From positions 1 to 28,758 of the forward strand of contig PBWO01000055.1 of assembly GCA_002727275.1 (NCBI GenBank): a stretch of 28,758 nucleotides of DNA, given 5' to 3'. Position numbers and translations under genes: made by a program. Shown in pieces: positions 8,955-17,735 of this stretch. Under the pieces are notes generated by a model. It made no database searches, was not told the origin of the DNA, and saw only the letters and a program-made list of their open reading frames with translations. Origin of the DNA: Methanobacteriota archaeon (lineage in GTDB: Archaea; Thermoplasmatota; Poseidoniia; Poseidoniales; Thalassarchaeaceae). Every line of letters begins with the position of its first letter. Position 1 is the first letter of the stretch.

Positions 8955-10190
8955 ATGTCCAGAACTGATGTGGTGATTGTTGGAGGAGCCCGAACTCCGT
9001 TCTGCGAGTGGCTAGGTGGGAAGCGCGGAGATGGCGAGTTCGGAGGCAGACTAGCATCTCTATCTACTGAAGAACTCGGCTCTATTGCTATTCAAGGAGC
9101 TTTGCAGAAGTCCAACACAGAACCAGACTCAGTCAACCATGTTGTTATGGGGCACGCATTACAGACTTCAGGACAGGCGATTTATGGTGCCCGGCACGCA
9201 GGACTCAATGCAGGCATTCCGATGGAAGTACCCATGCTCACGCTAAACCGTCTTTGTGGTAGTGGCGCGCAATCTATTGTTTCTGGCTCGCAGATGATAA
9301 TGCTTGGTGAGGCAGAGGTCGTAGTTGCTGGCGGTATGGAAAATCTTTCTCAGGCACCGCATGTGCTGAGGGGAGAGAGGACAACACACAAGTTGGGCAG
9401 ACCTCCTCAAGAGGGATACGTTCTAACCAAGGACATGGAGGATTACTTCTTCACCAATTTGATTGACAATACCTGCGATTCTTTCATGGCCCAGACCAGT
9501 GACAGGCTATGTCACAAGGTCGGCGTGACCAGAGAACAAGCAGACGAGTTCGCAGCGCTTAGCCATTCTAGAACCGAACAGAGCATCGACTCAGGACTCT
9601 TCGAGTGCGAAATCGTTGAGGTTGAGACTCATGATGGCAAAGTTACCGCAGCCCACGAGGATCACTTTGTACGAAATACTACAGTTGAATCACTCTCCAG
9701 CCTGAGGCCGCATTTTGGCCCCAATTCACTCGTTACTGCAGGCAATGCATCTGGAGTAGTTGATGGAGCAGCCGCTGTTGTCCTGAAATCTGCGGAGAGG
9801 GCTGCAGCAGATGGGGATGAACCACTAGCTAGAATAGTAGATTGGGGAATAGTAGGGCTAGACCCCTCGATTATGGCTTACGGGCCAGTGCCGAGCAGTA
9901 GACTAGCACTGGATCGAGCAGGCCTCAGTATCGAGGATATTGATAGATGGGAGATTAACGAGGCATTTTCCGGCCAAGCAGTAGCTTGCATACAGGAACT
10001 AGGCCTAGACATTGACAGGGTCAATGTCAACGGAGGGGCAGTCGGCCTAGGCCACCCTCTTGCTGCAACTGGGACTAGACTGGTCCTAACTTTGGCCCAT
10101 GAACTCAAGCGAAGTGGCGGTAAGTATGGAGTTGCCACGGCATGTATAGGCGGTGGGCAAGGAATCGCTGTAATCATCGAATCTTGCTGA
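8955..10190 (+). CDS. Acetyl-CoA C-acyltransferase (thiolase, bacterial/eukaryotic type II-like)
   Basis: Active-site Cys motif NRLCGSGAQSI. C-terminal motifs GLGHPLAATGTRL and CIGGGQGIAVIIE. Confidence 0.9.
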   Translation: MSRTDVVIVGGARTPFCEWLGGKRGDGEFGGRLASLSTEELGSIAIQGALQKSNTEPDSVNHVVMGHALQTSGQAIYGARHAGLNAGIPMEVPMLTLNRLCGSGAQSIVSGSQMIMLGEAEVVVAGGMENLSQAPHVLRGERTTHKLGRPPQEGYVLTKDMEDYFFTNLIDNTCDSFMAQTSDRLCHKVGVTREQADEFAALSHSRTEQSIDSGLFECEIVEVETHDGKVTAAHEDHFVRNTTVESLSSLRPHFGPNSLVTAGNASGVVDGAAAVVLKSAERAAADGDEPLARIVDWGIVGLDPSIMAYGPVPSSRLALDRAGLSIEDIDRWEINEAFSGQAVACIQELGLDIDRVNVNGGAVGLGHPLAATGTRLVLTLAHELKRSGGKYGVATACIGGGQGIAVIIESC

Positions 10191-10247
10191 TTCTAAGTCT
10201 TAATCTGCCGTAGGAGGAGTTATCCATGATGGATTCGAGCGCCACGC

Positions 10248-10508
10248 ATGGCAGAACACATACCCGGCACAGGGCACGCAAACAGAACTCGTAGTATTGT
10301 AAAGACATTCAGTTGGAGATTTATTGCTACAACTGACACGATTATTATCGCCAGAGTCATCACCGGTAGTTGGACCGTGGGATTCGGAATAGCTAGTATC
10401 GAGGTGATAACCAAGATGTTCCTGTACTACTTCCATGAGAGGGCATGGAGCTGGTCTGATTGGGGCCTCGAGGATGTTGACGTCCCAGACACTGCTCCTG
10501 TTCATTGA
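10248..10508 (+). CDS. DUF2061-family small membrane protein
   Basis: Conserved TxSWRxIAT...KMxxYYxHERxWxxxxWG pattern. Clear paralog of the next gene. Confidence 0.6.
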   Translation: MAEHIPGTGHANRTRSIVKTFSWRFIATTDTIIIARVITGSWTVGFGIASIEVITKMFLYYFHERAWSWSDWGLEDVDVPDTAPVH

Positions 10509-10602
10509 TGGCAGTCCAAACTGACTACAGAAATCACTTGATGATTTGTTTGATGACCGTTGGTATTATTTGTCAGATGCAAAGGCCGCCCCTCCAGTTA
10601 AC

Positions 10603-10812
10603 ATGGGGCAGACGCGTAAGCGGACTTTGATTAAGGCGACCACTTGGAGGGCCATTGCTTCTTTGACCGGTGCAGCCATAGTCGTAGCGATGACAGGACA
10701 CTTGGAGCACGGAGGGACTTTCCTCGCTGCCGACGTTTCTCTCAAGATGGTCTTCTATTACATGCATGAGCGAGGCTGGGACGCCATTTCATGGGGCATC
10801 CTAGCAGATTAG
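10603..10812 (+). CDS. DUF2061-family small membrane protein (paralog)
   Basis: Aligns residue for residue with the upstream paralog (KRTLIKATTWRAIAS...KMVFYYMHERGWDAISWG). The first in-frame ATG is at 10603; the ORF-track start at 10546 is a TTG. Its 3' end overlaps the convergent molybdoenzyme gene by 4 bp. Confidence 0.6.
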   Translation: MGQTRKRTLIKATTWRAIASLTGAAIVVAMTGHLEHGGTFLAADVSLKMVFYYMHERGWDAISWGILAD

Positions 10813-13535
10813 TCCTCGATGTACCAGTGCTCCATTTTCGGAGACAACGGCCTCTTCATCCATAACGGCCTCCTTTCTCTTCGGGGATGAGTCTCGCGCT
10901 GTTTGGCCATCTCATTCCAACGCTTGTAGTACTCGAATGACTTCTCTGTATCGACCTCAACATCACCATATTTCTCATCCTTTGAAGGGCGGCTAAGCCG
11001 AACCTTCTGCAACCAGCAGTGCGCCCCACTAATCGGATCCGGCTGCACGGCGTGAGTGATATTCTGATGCACCCCTCCATCTCGCCACCAAATCCGGTTG
11101 GTATCCGGATCCTCAGACTCCCAAGGAGAAACTCCCGAGACTGTCCTCATCTTCTGCTTGCCTCCTCCTATGTCCTCTATCTGCACCTCATTGCTCAGGA
11201 ACTTGTTGCCTTGGTCCTGCGAGCGCCTCCAGCGTCCAATGTGATGCGAGCACCCGACTACTCCAGGCTTGATGCCTTCAGTAACCCATACCTTGTCTAC
11301 GAACCAACCAATCTCAGTCTCAATTTTGAGCAGGTCTCCTTCCGAGACTCCGAGTTTGTCAGCATCTTTGGGATGAATCCAGATTGGATTGCGATGCCCA
11401 ATCTCGACCAGCCACTTAGCATTGGCCGATCTTGAGTGAATGTGCTGTGGCAGGCGGAAGTTGGGGAGCAGGCAGTACTCATCTTCACCTTGCAGGTTAT
11501 CAGGGTGGACATGACTCTTGACACGATAGTGGGGGATAGAATGCTCCGGGTATCCGAACTCGACCATGGTGTTTGAGTAGAACTCCTGCTTTCCACTGGG
11601 GGTGGGCCAACCCTCCTCTTCATGCTTGGAATAAGTCGATTCCTCAATCAGGAAGGCGCCGTGCTTGCGCATGTATCCTAGAGCATCCAATCCCTCCTCG
11701 GCTGCTGCCTCTGTAAGTCCCGGAACCCTCTCGAAGGTGTACTGATAGTACTCATCGATGGTAATTTTCTCGCCTTCTCTGTACGGACTCATGAAGTGCT
11801 CGCGGATACCCATGGTACCATCGTCAATCCTCCATGATAGCTCGTTCCAGAATTCATCCTCTTCCCAAACCTCTCCAGGATTCACCTCGCTGGTGAACTT
11901 GACATCCCTGCCTTCTCTACGGGCAAACTCTCGCAATACAGGTTGCCGGAACGCCACCCACTTGCCCGCGGACGTGGCGTATGAGTTGATATCGTGGCGT
12001 TCAGATGCGTGACCCATCGGTAGGACGTAGTCCGCGAAGAAGGCAGTCTCATTCCAAGTAGGGGTCAGCGCGATGTGGCAACCGATACTATCCTCTCCCT
12101 CAAGCATCCGCATCCAGGAGAATCCGTCAGGATAGGTCCAGACTGGGTTGAAGACTCGGGTGAAGTAGACATCGATCTCTCCACGTCCGTCTCTGATTAG
12201 ATGAGGCAGTATGTGACTCATCTCATAGTGTGCTAGAGTGTACTCGGGAGGGAAGTGCAACTCATTCCAACCGTCAGGGGCTTCCGGTTCGTCGAACAGT
12301 TCAGGGCTGAATTTCGACCACGAGTTCGGAGATGTACCCCCTTCTGTTCCTACACTCCCAGTCAGAACATTCAGCAGGTGAAGAGCCCGGGCAACCTGCC
12401 AGCCACCTAGATTTCCTATTGCAGCCGAGCGCCACACATGGGTGCTGAGCCTGCTTCCCGCATTTGCTACAACCTCTCCCGCCTCAATCACTTGCTCAAT
12501 AGGAATACGGCACTCTGAAGCCGCGAACTCAGGGGTGTATTCTGCGTACTCTTCTAATAGCAACTCGACAAATCGCTCGAAGGTCTTAGGCTCGTCGGGG
12601 TGGTCAGCCTGCAACCAGTCTTCCCAGTTGACCCAATTTTCTAGGAAGTCTCTATCGTAGAGTTCGCGCTCCAGAATCATCCTTGCCCAAGCTAGGAATA
12701 GGGCAGTTTCGGAGCCGGGCCATGTCGGCAACCAATGGTCTGCCATGGAAGCGGTGTTGGAGAGTCTGGGATCAATTACAATCAGTTTGGCACCGTCAAT
12801 CATGCCCTCCAAAATCCTCTGTGCATGTGGATTGAAGTAGTGCCCAGTCTCCAAGTGAGAGGATGTTAGAAGAATGACCTTTGCATTGGAATGGTCGGGT
12901 GATGGACGATCGTGCTTGTGCCATAGACTGTATCCGGTTCGGGCCCCAGATGAACAGATATTGGTGTGGCTGTTGTGCCCATCGACTCCCCAAGCCTTCA
13001 GCACCCTCTCGACGTATCCTTCATTCCCCGGCCTGCCGACATGATACACTACCTTGTCCTTGGCTCCGGTCTTGAGCGAGGCTCTGATTTTTGTTGAAAT
13101 CTCATCAAGAGCTTGGTCCCAGTAGATCCTCTGCCACTTGCCCTCGCCGCGCTTCCCAACTCGCTTGAGCGGGTACAATATTCTCTCTGTGTCATTGATT
13201 TGATTGATTGTAGCAGGGCCCTTAGCGCAGTTCCTTCCTCTGCTTCCCGGGTGATGTGGGTTACCTTCGAACTTCGCCACCTCACCTGTGTCCTTGTCAA
13301 CATAGGCTAGCATTCCACAGGCAGACTCGCAGTTGAAGCAAGTGGTAGGTACTAGTGAAAATCTCCTCTCGACCATCTTTGGCCACTCTTGTGCATCCAA
13401 CTCAACATGGTCGTGCCAGTTTTCCGGATTGGGGTACTTGCGCAATTCGTCAGTACTGCCAGAAGAATGAGCACGGTCGAGATCAGGGATGATCCTCATC
13501 TTTTGAGCGATTTTCTCAATAAAGGTCCTCGCCAT
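10809..13535 (-). CDS. Molybdopterin oxidoreductase catalytic subunit (DMSO reductase / Mo-bisPGD family)
   Basis: N-terminal 4Fe-4S (FS0) motif C-x2-C-x3-C...C (CFNCESACGM...NCAKG) and a 908 aa length. A GAGGTGA Shine-Dalgarno lies 4 nt upstream of ATG 13535 and overlaps the upstream gene's stop, which supports the long start. There is no twin-arginine signal. Confidence 0.9.
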   Translation of the reverse strand: MARTFIEKIAQKMRIIPDLDRAHSSGSTDELRKYPNPENWHDHVELDAQEWPKMVERRFSLVPTTCFNCESACGMLAYVDKDTGEVAKFEGNPHHPGSRGRNCAKGPATINQINDTERILYPLKRVGKRGEGKWQRIYWDQALDEISTKIRASLKTGAKDKVVYHVGRPGNEGYVERVLKAWGVDGHNSHTNICSSGARTGYSLWHKHDRPSPDHSNAKVILLTSSHLETGHYFNPHAQRILEGMIDGAKLIVIDPRLSNTASMADHWLPTWPGSETALFLAWARMILERELYDRDFLENWVNWEDWLQADHPDEPKTFERFVELLLEEYAEYTPEFAASECRIPIEQVIEAGEVVANAGSRLSTHVWRSAAIGNLGGWQVARALHLLNVLTGSVGTEGGTSPNSWSKFSPELFDEPEAPDGWNELHFPPEYTLAHYEMSHILPHLIRDGRGEIDVYFTRVFNPVWTYPDGFSWMRMLEGEDSIGCHIALTPTWNETAFFADYVLPMGHASERHDINSYATSAGKWVAFRQPVLREFARREGRDVKFTSEVNPGEVWEEDEFWNELSWRIDDGTMGIREHFMSPYREGEKITIDEYYQYTFERVPGLTEAAAEEGLDALGYMRKHGAFLIEESTYSKHEEEGWPTPSGKQEFYSNTMVEFGYPEHSIPHYRVKSHVHPDNLQGEDEYCLLPNFRLPQHIHSRSANAKWLVEIGHRNPIWIHPKDADKLGVSEGDLLKIETEIGWFVDKVWVTEGIKPGVVGCSHHIGRWRRSQDQGNKFLSNEVQIEDIGGGKQKMRTVSGVSPWESEDPDTNRIWWRDGGVHQNITHAVQPDPISGAHCWLQKVRLSRPSKDEKYGDVEVDTEKSFEYYKRWNEMAKQRETHPRRERRPLWMKRPLSPKMEHWYIED

Positions 13536-13544
13536 CTTCTCACC

Positions 13545-14954
13545 TCAATGTAGAGTCTCCAGTTGCGGATCGATAATCGTCCTGTGGCCATGCCAAGCGA
13601 CTAGGATTAGGCAGGGTATGGCTAAAGCAGACAGAAGCAGGTTAGTCGGAGATAACAAGGCGACGCAGGCTGCACCGGCAACTAGTACCTCGAACGTCAT
13701 CTTGGCCGTCAGGGCGCGATCACTTGACCATGACCTGCCCTTGGCTTGCTGCAATAGCCAGGCGGTGTAGATTCCGGTCAGAAGAGCAAGAGGGATTCCA
13801 GCATAGGCGAGATACTCTAGATAGATGCGATCTAAGTCCAGCAGAAGAACTAGGAAACTGCAGCCGAGAACACCTCCAAATACACCCAGTAAGTAGGCTC
13901 CTTTGACGAGCCAGGAGTCCCAATTGGGTCGCAGCATCACATACAGGAATCTCATGGGTCGGTCTAGGTCAATGACCAATAGAATCCCGGTGATTCCTAG
14001 GAAGGAGATGCTGACTATCAGAAGCCTCCACCACAACCCGTCAGTCATCTCTAGATGTCCTGCTAGCATCATCAGCATTGCAACCAGATACGCTCCGCAT
14101 GCTACAGCTTTGGTGAAGACATATGCAGAGACCTCCCAGCCCCACAGCACGCCCTTCGAAGGCTGGTCGTAACTGCGCTTGACATTCTCCTCATCATCGA
14201 GCTTTTCCATTACATCACGGATTATCGCTCGATCTCTAGGTGCAGCGGCCCGTGCCTTTTTCTCAAGAGCCAATTGGATAATCATCGACTGAGTATCAGC
14301 AGCTCCGGCCCTTCGCTCAGCATACTTGGCAAAGTGCCCAACACCTGCCGCTTGATCGGTCCACAGATATTCACCAGAGCGTTCGGTAGCGTGAGGGTCA
14401 AGGCTCTCTTCACTAGTCTCGACGTAGAATACGTTTGGTTTGGCCCCAGACTCTGGCTTTCGCACAGTAGTCTCATGCTCAGAAAGGTAGCCCGAAATCG
14501 ATGAGTTGGGATTATCGAGATCTCCAGAGATAATCGCCTCGACGGGGCATACTATGACACAAGATGGTTCGTAGGAATGCTCAATTCTGTGGGCGCAGTA
14601 GTTGCATTTGGCCGCAGTCCCCTTATTTGGGTCGATATACAAGGCATCATAGGGGCATGCCTGCATACACGACTTGCAGCCAATGCATCGGTCATCATCG
14701 AAGTCGACGATACCATCAGAGCGTGTGAACAGGGCCGTGGTAGGGCAGATGGTGGTACACGGTGAATCTTCACAGTGGTTGCAGCGATGAACACTGAACT
14801 CGCGAGTAACGTCTGGGTAAGTGCCCTTCTCAATGTACTTCACATGAGTTCTGTTGACTCCAATCGGAACGTCGTGCTCAGATTTGCAAGCGACTGTGCA
14901 GGCATGGCATCCGATGCATTTGCGGTTGTCTATCACAAAGCCATAATTGACCAT
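13545..14954 (-). CDS. Four-cluster 4Fe-4S ferredoxin subunit (PsrB/DmsB/NrfC-like) fused to a C-terminal ~6-TM membrane anchor
   Basis: Four Cys clusters in the first ~140 aa (CIGCHACTVAC, CNHCEDSPCTTICP, CIGCKSCMQACP, CNYCAHRIEHSYEPSCVIVCP). A ~130 aa linker is followed by six hydrophobic helices. No signal peptide. Confidence 0.85.
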   Translation of the reverse strand: MVNYGFVIDNRKCIGCHACTVACKSEHDVPIGVNRTHVKYIEKGTYPDVTREFSVHRCNHCEDSPCTTICPTTALFTRSDGIVDFDDDRCIGCKSCMQACPYDALYIDPNKGTAAKCNYCAHRIEHSYEPSCVIVCPVEAIISGDLDNPNSSISGYLSEHETTVRKPESGAKPNVFYVETSEESLDPHATERSGEYLWTDQAAGVGHFAKYAERRAGAADTQSMIIQLALEKKARAAAPRDRAIIRDVMEKLDDEENVKRSYDQPSKGVLWGWEVSAYVFTKAVACGAYLVAMLMMLAGHLEMTDGLWWRLLIVSISFLGITGILLVIDLDRPMRFLYVMLRPNWDSWLVKGAYLLGVFGGVLGCSFLVLLLDLDRIYLEYLAYAGIPLALLTGIYTAWLLQQAKGRSWSSDRALTAKMTFEVLVAGAACVALLSPTNLLLSALAIPCLILVAWHGHRTIIDPQLETLH

Positions 14955-14956
14955 AT

Positions 14957-14977
14957 TCCGCCCTCTACGAGGGCGGA
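14957..14977 (-). promoter_or_regulatory. Stem-loop (9-bp stem, 3-nt loop) 2 nt upstream of the Fe-S subunit start codon; its 3' arm contains the GAGGG Shine-Dalgarno-like sequence
   Basis: TCCGCCCTC-TAC-GAGGGCGGA is a perfect inverted repeat in the 56-bp traB/Fe-S gene spacer. Confidence 0.35.
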
Positions 14978-15010
14978 CAGGTCACATTGGCAAATGAGTC
15001 TTCGCTATCT

Positions 15011-16177
15011 TCAGAATAGCAGACTTGCAATACCCGCAGCGGCAACCCAAGTCCCTACGACTGAGCCAAAGTTACCCATAGCAGTCACCATCAGCACCTT
15101 TCCAACCCGATTCTTCCAGAACAAGGATAGCTCATTCAAGTCTAGAAATGCTTGAGCATCACCGCCCGTAGGCGGGGTTATTTTCAGTTGAGTATAACCG
15201 GCGAACCAACCCGCTGCGAGGAAAGGGTTGAGAGAGGTAATCGGCGAAGCCACCGCTCCAACCAAGATCGAGAGCGGATGGCCCCGAGCGAGAAGAACTC
15301 CTAGCCCAGTTAGTCCTGCATTGATGGCCAACCATGCCACAGCAGTCTGTTTGATTGCCTCAATCTCCCCATTGTACCCCATCCAAGCCACGGCACCAAA
15401 GAGGAATAGAGGAATAGCAATCATCAGTGCCTTGGGCCAGATTGCCTTACGGGGCTCGACGCTTAACTCAGCAATTCGAGAAGCCGTTTCCATCGCCGGC
15501 TCGGCTAAATTCTCCTGAATCCCATTGAGGTGACCCGCTCCAACAACAGCGAGTATCTTCCCACGCCCTCTAATCTGTTGAATTCTGCCGGCAAGGAAAG
15601 CATCTCTCTCATCAATCAGCACTGAGCCTGCAGCAGGAGCGACCTCTCTGGCCTCCTCCATCAGTTTGGAGAGCATATCAGAGTCTTCCAGAAGTTCCTC
15701 CACACTGGCCCCTTCATCGTCGTCTTCCTGCCATAGGAGAGCATCTAGAACTCGGAACTTCTCGATGAAACCCATTTTTGACCAAGCCCTTCTAAGGGTA
15801 ATCAGAACATCTCTATCGATCAACTCGACTGGAATATCGGCTTCTTCGGCAGCCTCTATTGCAGCCAACAACTCAGCCCCGGGTTTTTCGCCGGATGATA
15901 TTCCCATTCTGCGCTGCTCAGCTGCTAGAGCGGACTGCAGCAGAATCATGTGCGATTTCCCTTCATTGAGAATCTTCAGCAGATCCTCGTTGTCGAGGGC
16001 ATCTGGTTCGAGTAGCGAGGCCTTACGCGACTCGCACAACTCTACTGCTACCAAATCGGGAGACCATTCTTCGATTTGACTGCGCACCAGTTCGACTGAG
16101 GCCGAGCTGATGTGCGCTGTTCCAACGAGTCTGAGATTTTCGTCTATATCGACTACATTCTTACTTAGTTCAGACAT
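15011..16177 (-). CDS. TraB/PrgY/GumN-family protein with C-terminal TM helices
   Basis: N-terminal LVGTAHISSASVELVRSQIEEWSPDLVAVELCESR is characteristic of the TraB family (PF01963), as are the length and the C-terminal membrane segment. Confidence 0.8.
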   Translation of the reverse strand: MSELSKNVVDIDENLRLVGTAHISSASVELVRSQIEEWSPDLVAVELCESRKASLLEPDALDNEDLLKILNEGKSHMILLQSALAAEQRRMGISSGEKPGAELLAAIEAAEEADIPVELIDRDVLITLRRAWSKMGFIEKFRVLDALLWQEDDDEGASVEELLEDSDMLSKLMEEAREVAPAAGSVLIDERDAFLAGRIQQIRGRGKILAVVGAGHLNGIQENLAEPAMETASRIAELSVEPRKAIWPKALMIAIPLFLFGAVAWMGYNGEIEAIKQTAVAWLAINAGLTGLGVLLARGHPLSILVGAVASPITSLNPFLAAGWFAGYTQLKITPPTGGDAQAFLDLNELSLFWKNRVGKVLMVTAMGNFGSVVGTWVAAAGIASLLF

Positions 16178-16180
16178 CTT

Positions 16181-17014
16181 TCACCTCAAAGCATCCATCG
16201 CAGCGAACAGGTCTGCATGCTCTGCGACATCATGCACCCTGATGATATCGACTCCCTTGTCTTTCGCTCTAGCAGCAACCCCAAGACTCCCTGCAAGCCT
16301 ATCATCGGTAGATTCACGATTGAGCAGATGAAAAAACATCGACTTCCGGCTGACTCCCCACATCAGAGGCATCCTGTGGTCAGGGACCACATCCCTTCCC
16401 GAAGCCAGCAGTGATAGATTGTGCTCGAGAGTTTTACCGAAGCCTATACCAGGATCGGCGACTATCATACTTGAATCAACACCTAAATCTGTGAGCATTG
16501 ACAAGGCCTTACCGAGGGTATTTCTGATATCATCCACCACATCTTGGTAACTCGGGTTGTTCTGCATGTCCTCAGGCGTCCCTTGCATGTGCATCACACA
16601 GATTGGACAACCTCTGTTAGCAACTAGGTCAGCCATTTCTGGGTCAGACAGAGCTGAGACATCATTGACCAAGTCAGCACCAGCATCTAGGGCCCGACTG
16701 GCTACGGAGGATCTGCGGGTATCTATCGAGATGCAGGTTTTGGGCAAAGCCTCACGAACAGCCCTCACTATGGGAACGACTCTAGCAGCCTCTTCTTCAG
16801 CATTAACTGGGATAGCCCCTGGACGAGTCGACTCACCTCCGATGTCAATCCAATCCGCACCTTGTTCGACCATCCCAACAGCCCTTGTGACTGCAGATTC
16901 GGTGGAATTTAGTCTAGATTCCTCATGAAATGAGTCAGGAGTGATGTTTAGAACGCCCATTATACGTGGAAAACCGTCATTTCGGCGAATCAACATAGGT
17001 CGCCAGTCGGCCAT
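16181..17014 (-). CDS. folP: Dihydropteroate synthase
   Basis: MGVLNITPDSF...DIGGESTRPG... motifs. Starting at the internal ATG at 17014 leaves 18 aa before GVLNITPDSF, as in bacterial FolP. The ORF-track long start at 17104 would overlap the divergent gene. The stop is 3 bp before the traB start. Confidence 0.8.
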   Translation of the reverse strand: MADWRPMLIRRNDGFPRIMGVLNITPDSFHEESRLNSTESAVTRAVGMVEQGADWIDIGGESTRPGAIPVNAEEEAARVVPIVRAVREALPKTCISIDTRRSSVASRALDAGADLVNDVSALSDPEMADLVANRGCPICVMHMQGTPEDMQNNPSYQDVVDDIRNTLGKALSMLTDLGVDSSMIVADPGIGFGKTLEHNLSLLASGRDVVPDHRMPLMWGVSRKSMFFHLLNRESTDDRLAGSLGVAARAKDKGVDIIRVHDVAEHADLFAAMDALR

Positions 17015-17069
17015 ATCAGTTACCCCATCCGACGCATGCTTTATGATGTGACGGAGAGGCAATCCCTCG

Positions 17070-17735
17070 ATGGTACTGGGAGATGACTCTCCAGACGAGG
17101 TCATTCAGACTGCGGATAACGTACTTGCCGTAAACGGGGTAGATGACGCTACTTCTGCTTACAACATGGAAATGATGGAGTCTATAGTTCAGAGACTTAA
17201 GCCCGAAGATCGCCATCAAATCAGAGATATGATTTCAGAGAGAGGACGCACCTCAGGGGCACTAGCAATAGCATCAATTCTATTCTGGTGGTTGTCAATC
17301 CATAACGGAGGCGATACTCTTGGGGACTCAGATCTCCCTAACTCGATGATAGGCGACTTCACATTCTATCGACTAAGCCTCATCGTCCCCGCCCTTACTC
17401 TGGTTGCAACTATTCTACTCACTATGGGTAGAGAAAAGGGCCAGTCACTACCTTCCAACGCTGGAGGAGTCCTAGCCGTACTAGCCGCATTCTTTGTCAT
17501 GGAGCCAGTTGGAAGGGCCTTGTTGATGGGAGATATTGAGACTGACGATTCCCTAGTCTCTTCTGGCAGACTAGCAATCCTAGCAATCCTAATTCATCTG
17601 GCTACAAAGATGCAAGTTGATTCAATCCTGCTCGAATGGGTGCGCGGCTCAATGATGAGCATGGATATCGATGTCACTCCTGAACAAGAGGCTTCCATGG
17701 AGAGTCAGGCTGATGAAGTCCCGCCTCTCGTATGA
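17070..17735 (+). CDS. Hypothetical membrane protein
   Basis: Several hydrophobic helices. The ATGA overlap with the downstream trm56 start supports a real, co-translated gene. The start codon is uncertain. Confidence 0.5.
   Translation: MVLGDDSPDEVIQTADNVLAVNGVDDATSAYNMEMMESIVQRLKPEDRHQIRDMISERGRTSGALAIASILFWWLSIHNGGDTLGDSDLPNSMIGDFTFYRLSLIVPALTLVATILLTMGREKGQSLPSNAGGVLAVLAAFFVMEPVGRALLMGDIETDDSLVSSGRLAILAILIHLATKMQVDSILLEWVRGSMMSMDIDVTPEQEASMESQADEVPPLV

Noticed and set aside
11019-13310. Antisense or alternate-frame ORFs within the molybdoenzyme catalytic subunit (11019..11435 +, 11297..11647 -, 12881..13075 +, and others)
   Set aside because: They are embedded in a confidently identified 908-aa gene and have no independent support.
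13353-13367. Possible twin-arginine (Tat) motif ERRFSL in the catalytic subunit
   Set aside because: It lies ~55 aa from the N-terminus and is followed immediately by the FS0 cysteine motif with no hydrophobic h-region, so it is not a signal peptide. The long start is supported by a GAGGTGA Shine-Dalgarno.
16181-17104. Long folP start (GTG/ATG at 17104) from the ORF track
   Set aside because: It would add ~30 aa that bacterial DHPS lacks and would overlap the divergent gene at 17070. The internal ATG at 17014 gives a canonical DHPS N-terminus, so the shorter model is preferred, though this is not certain.
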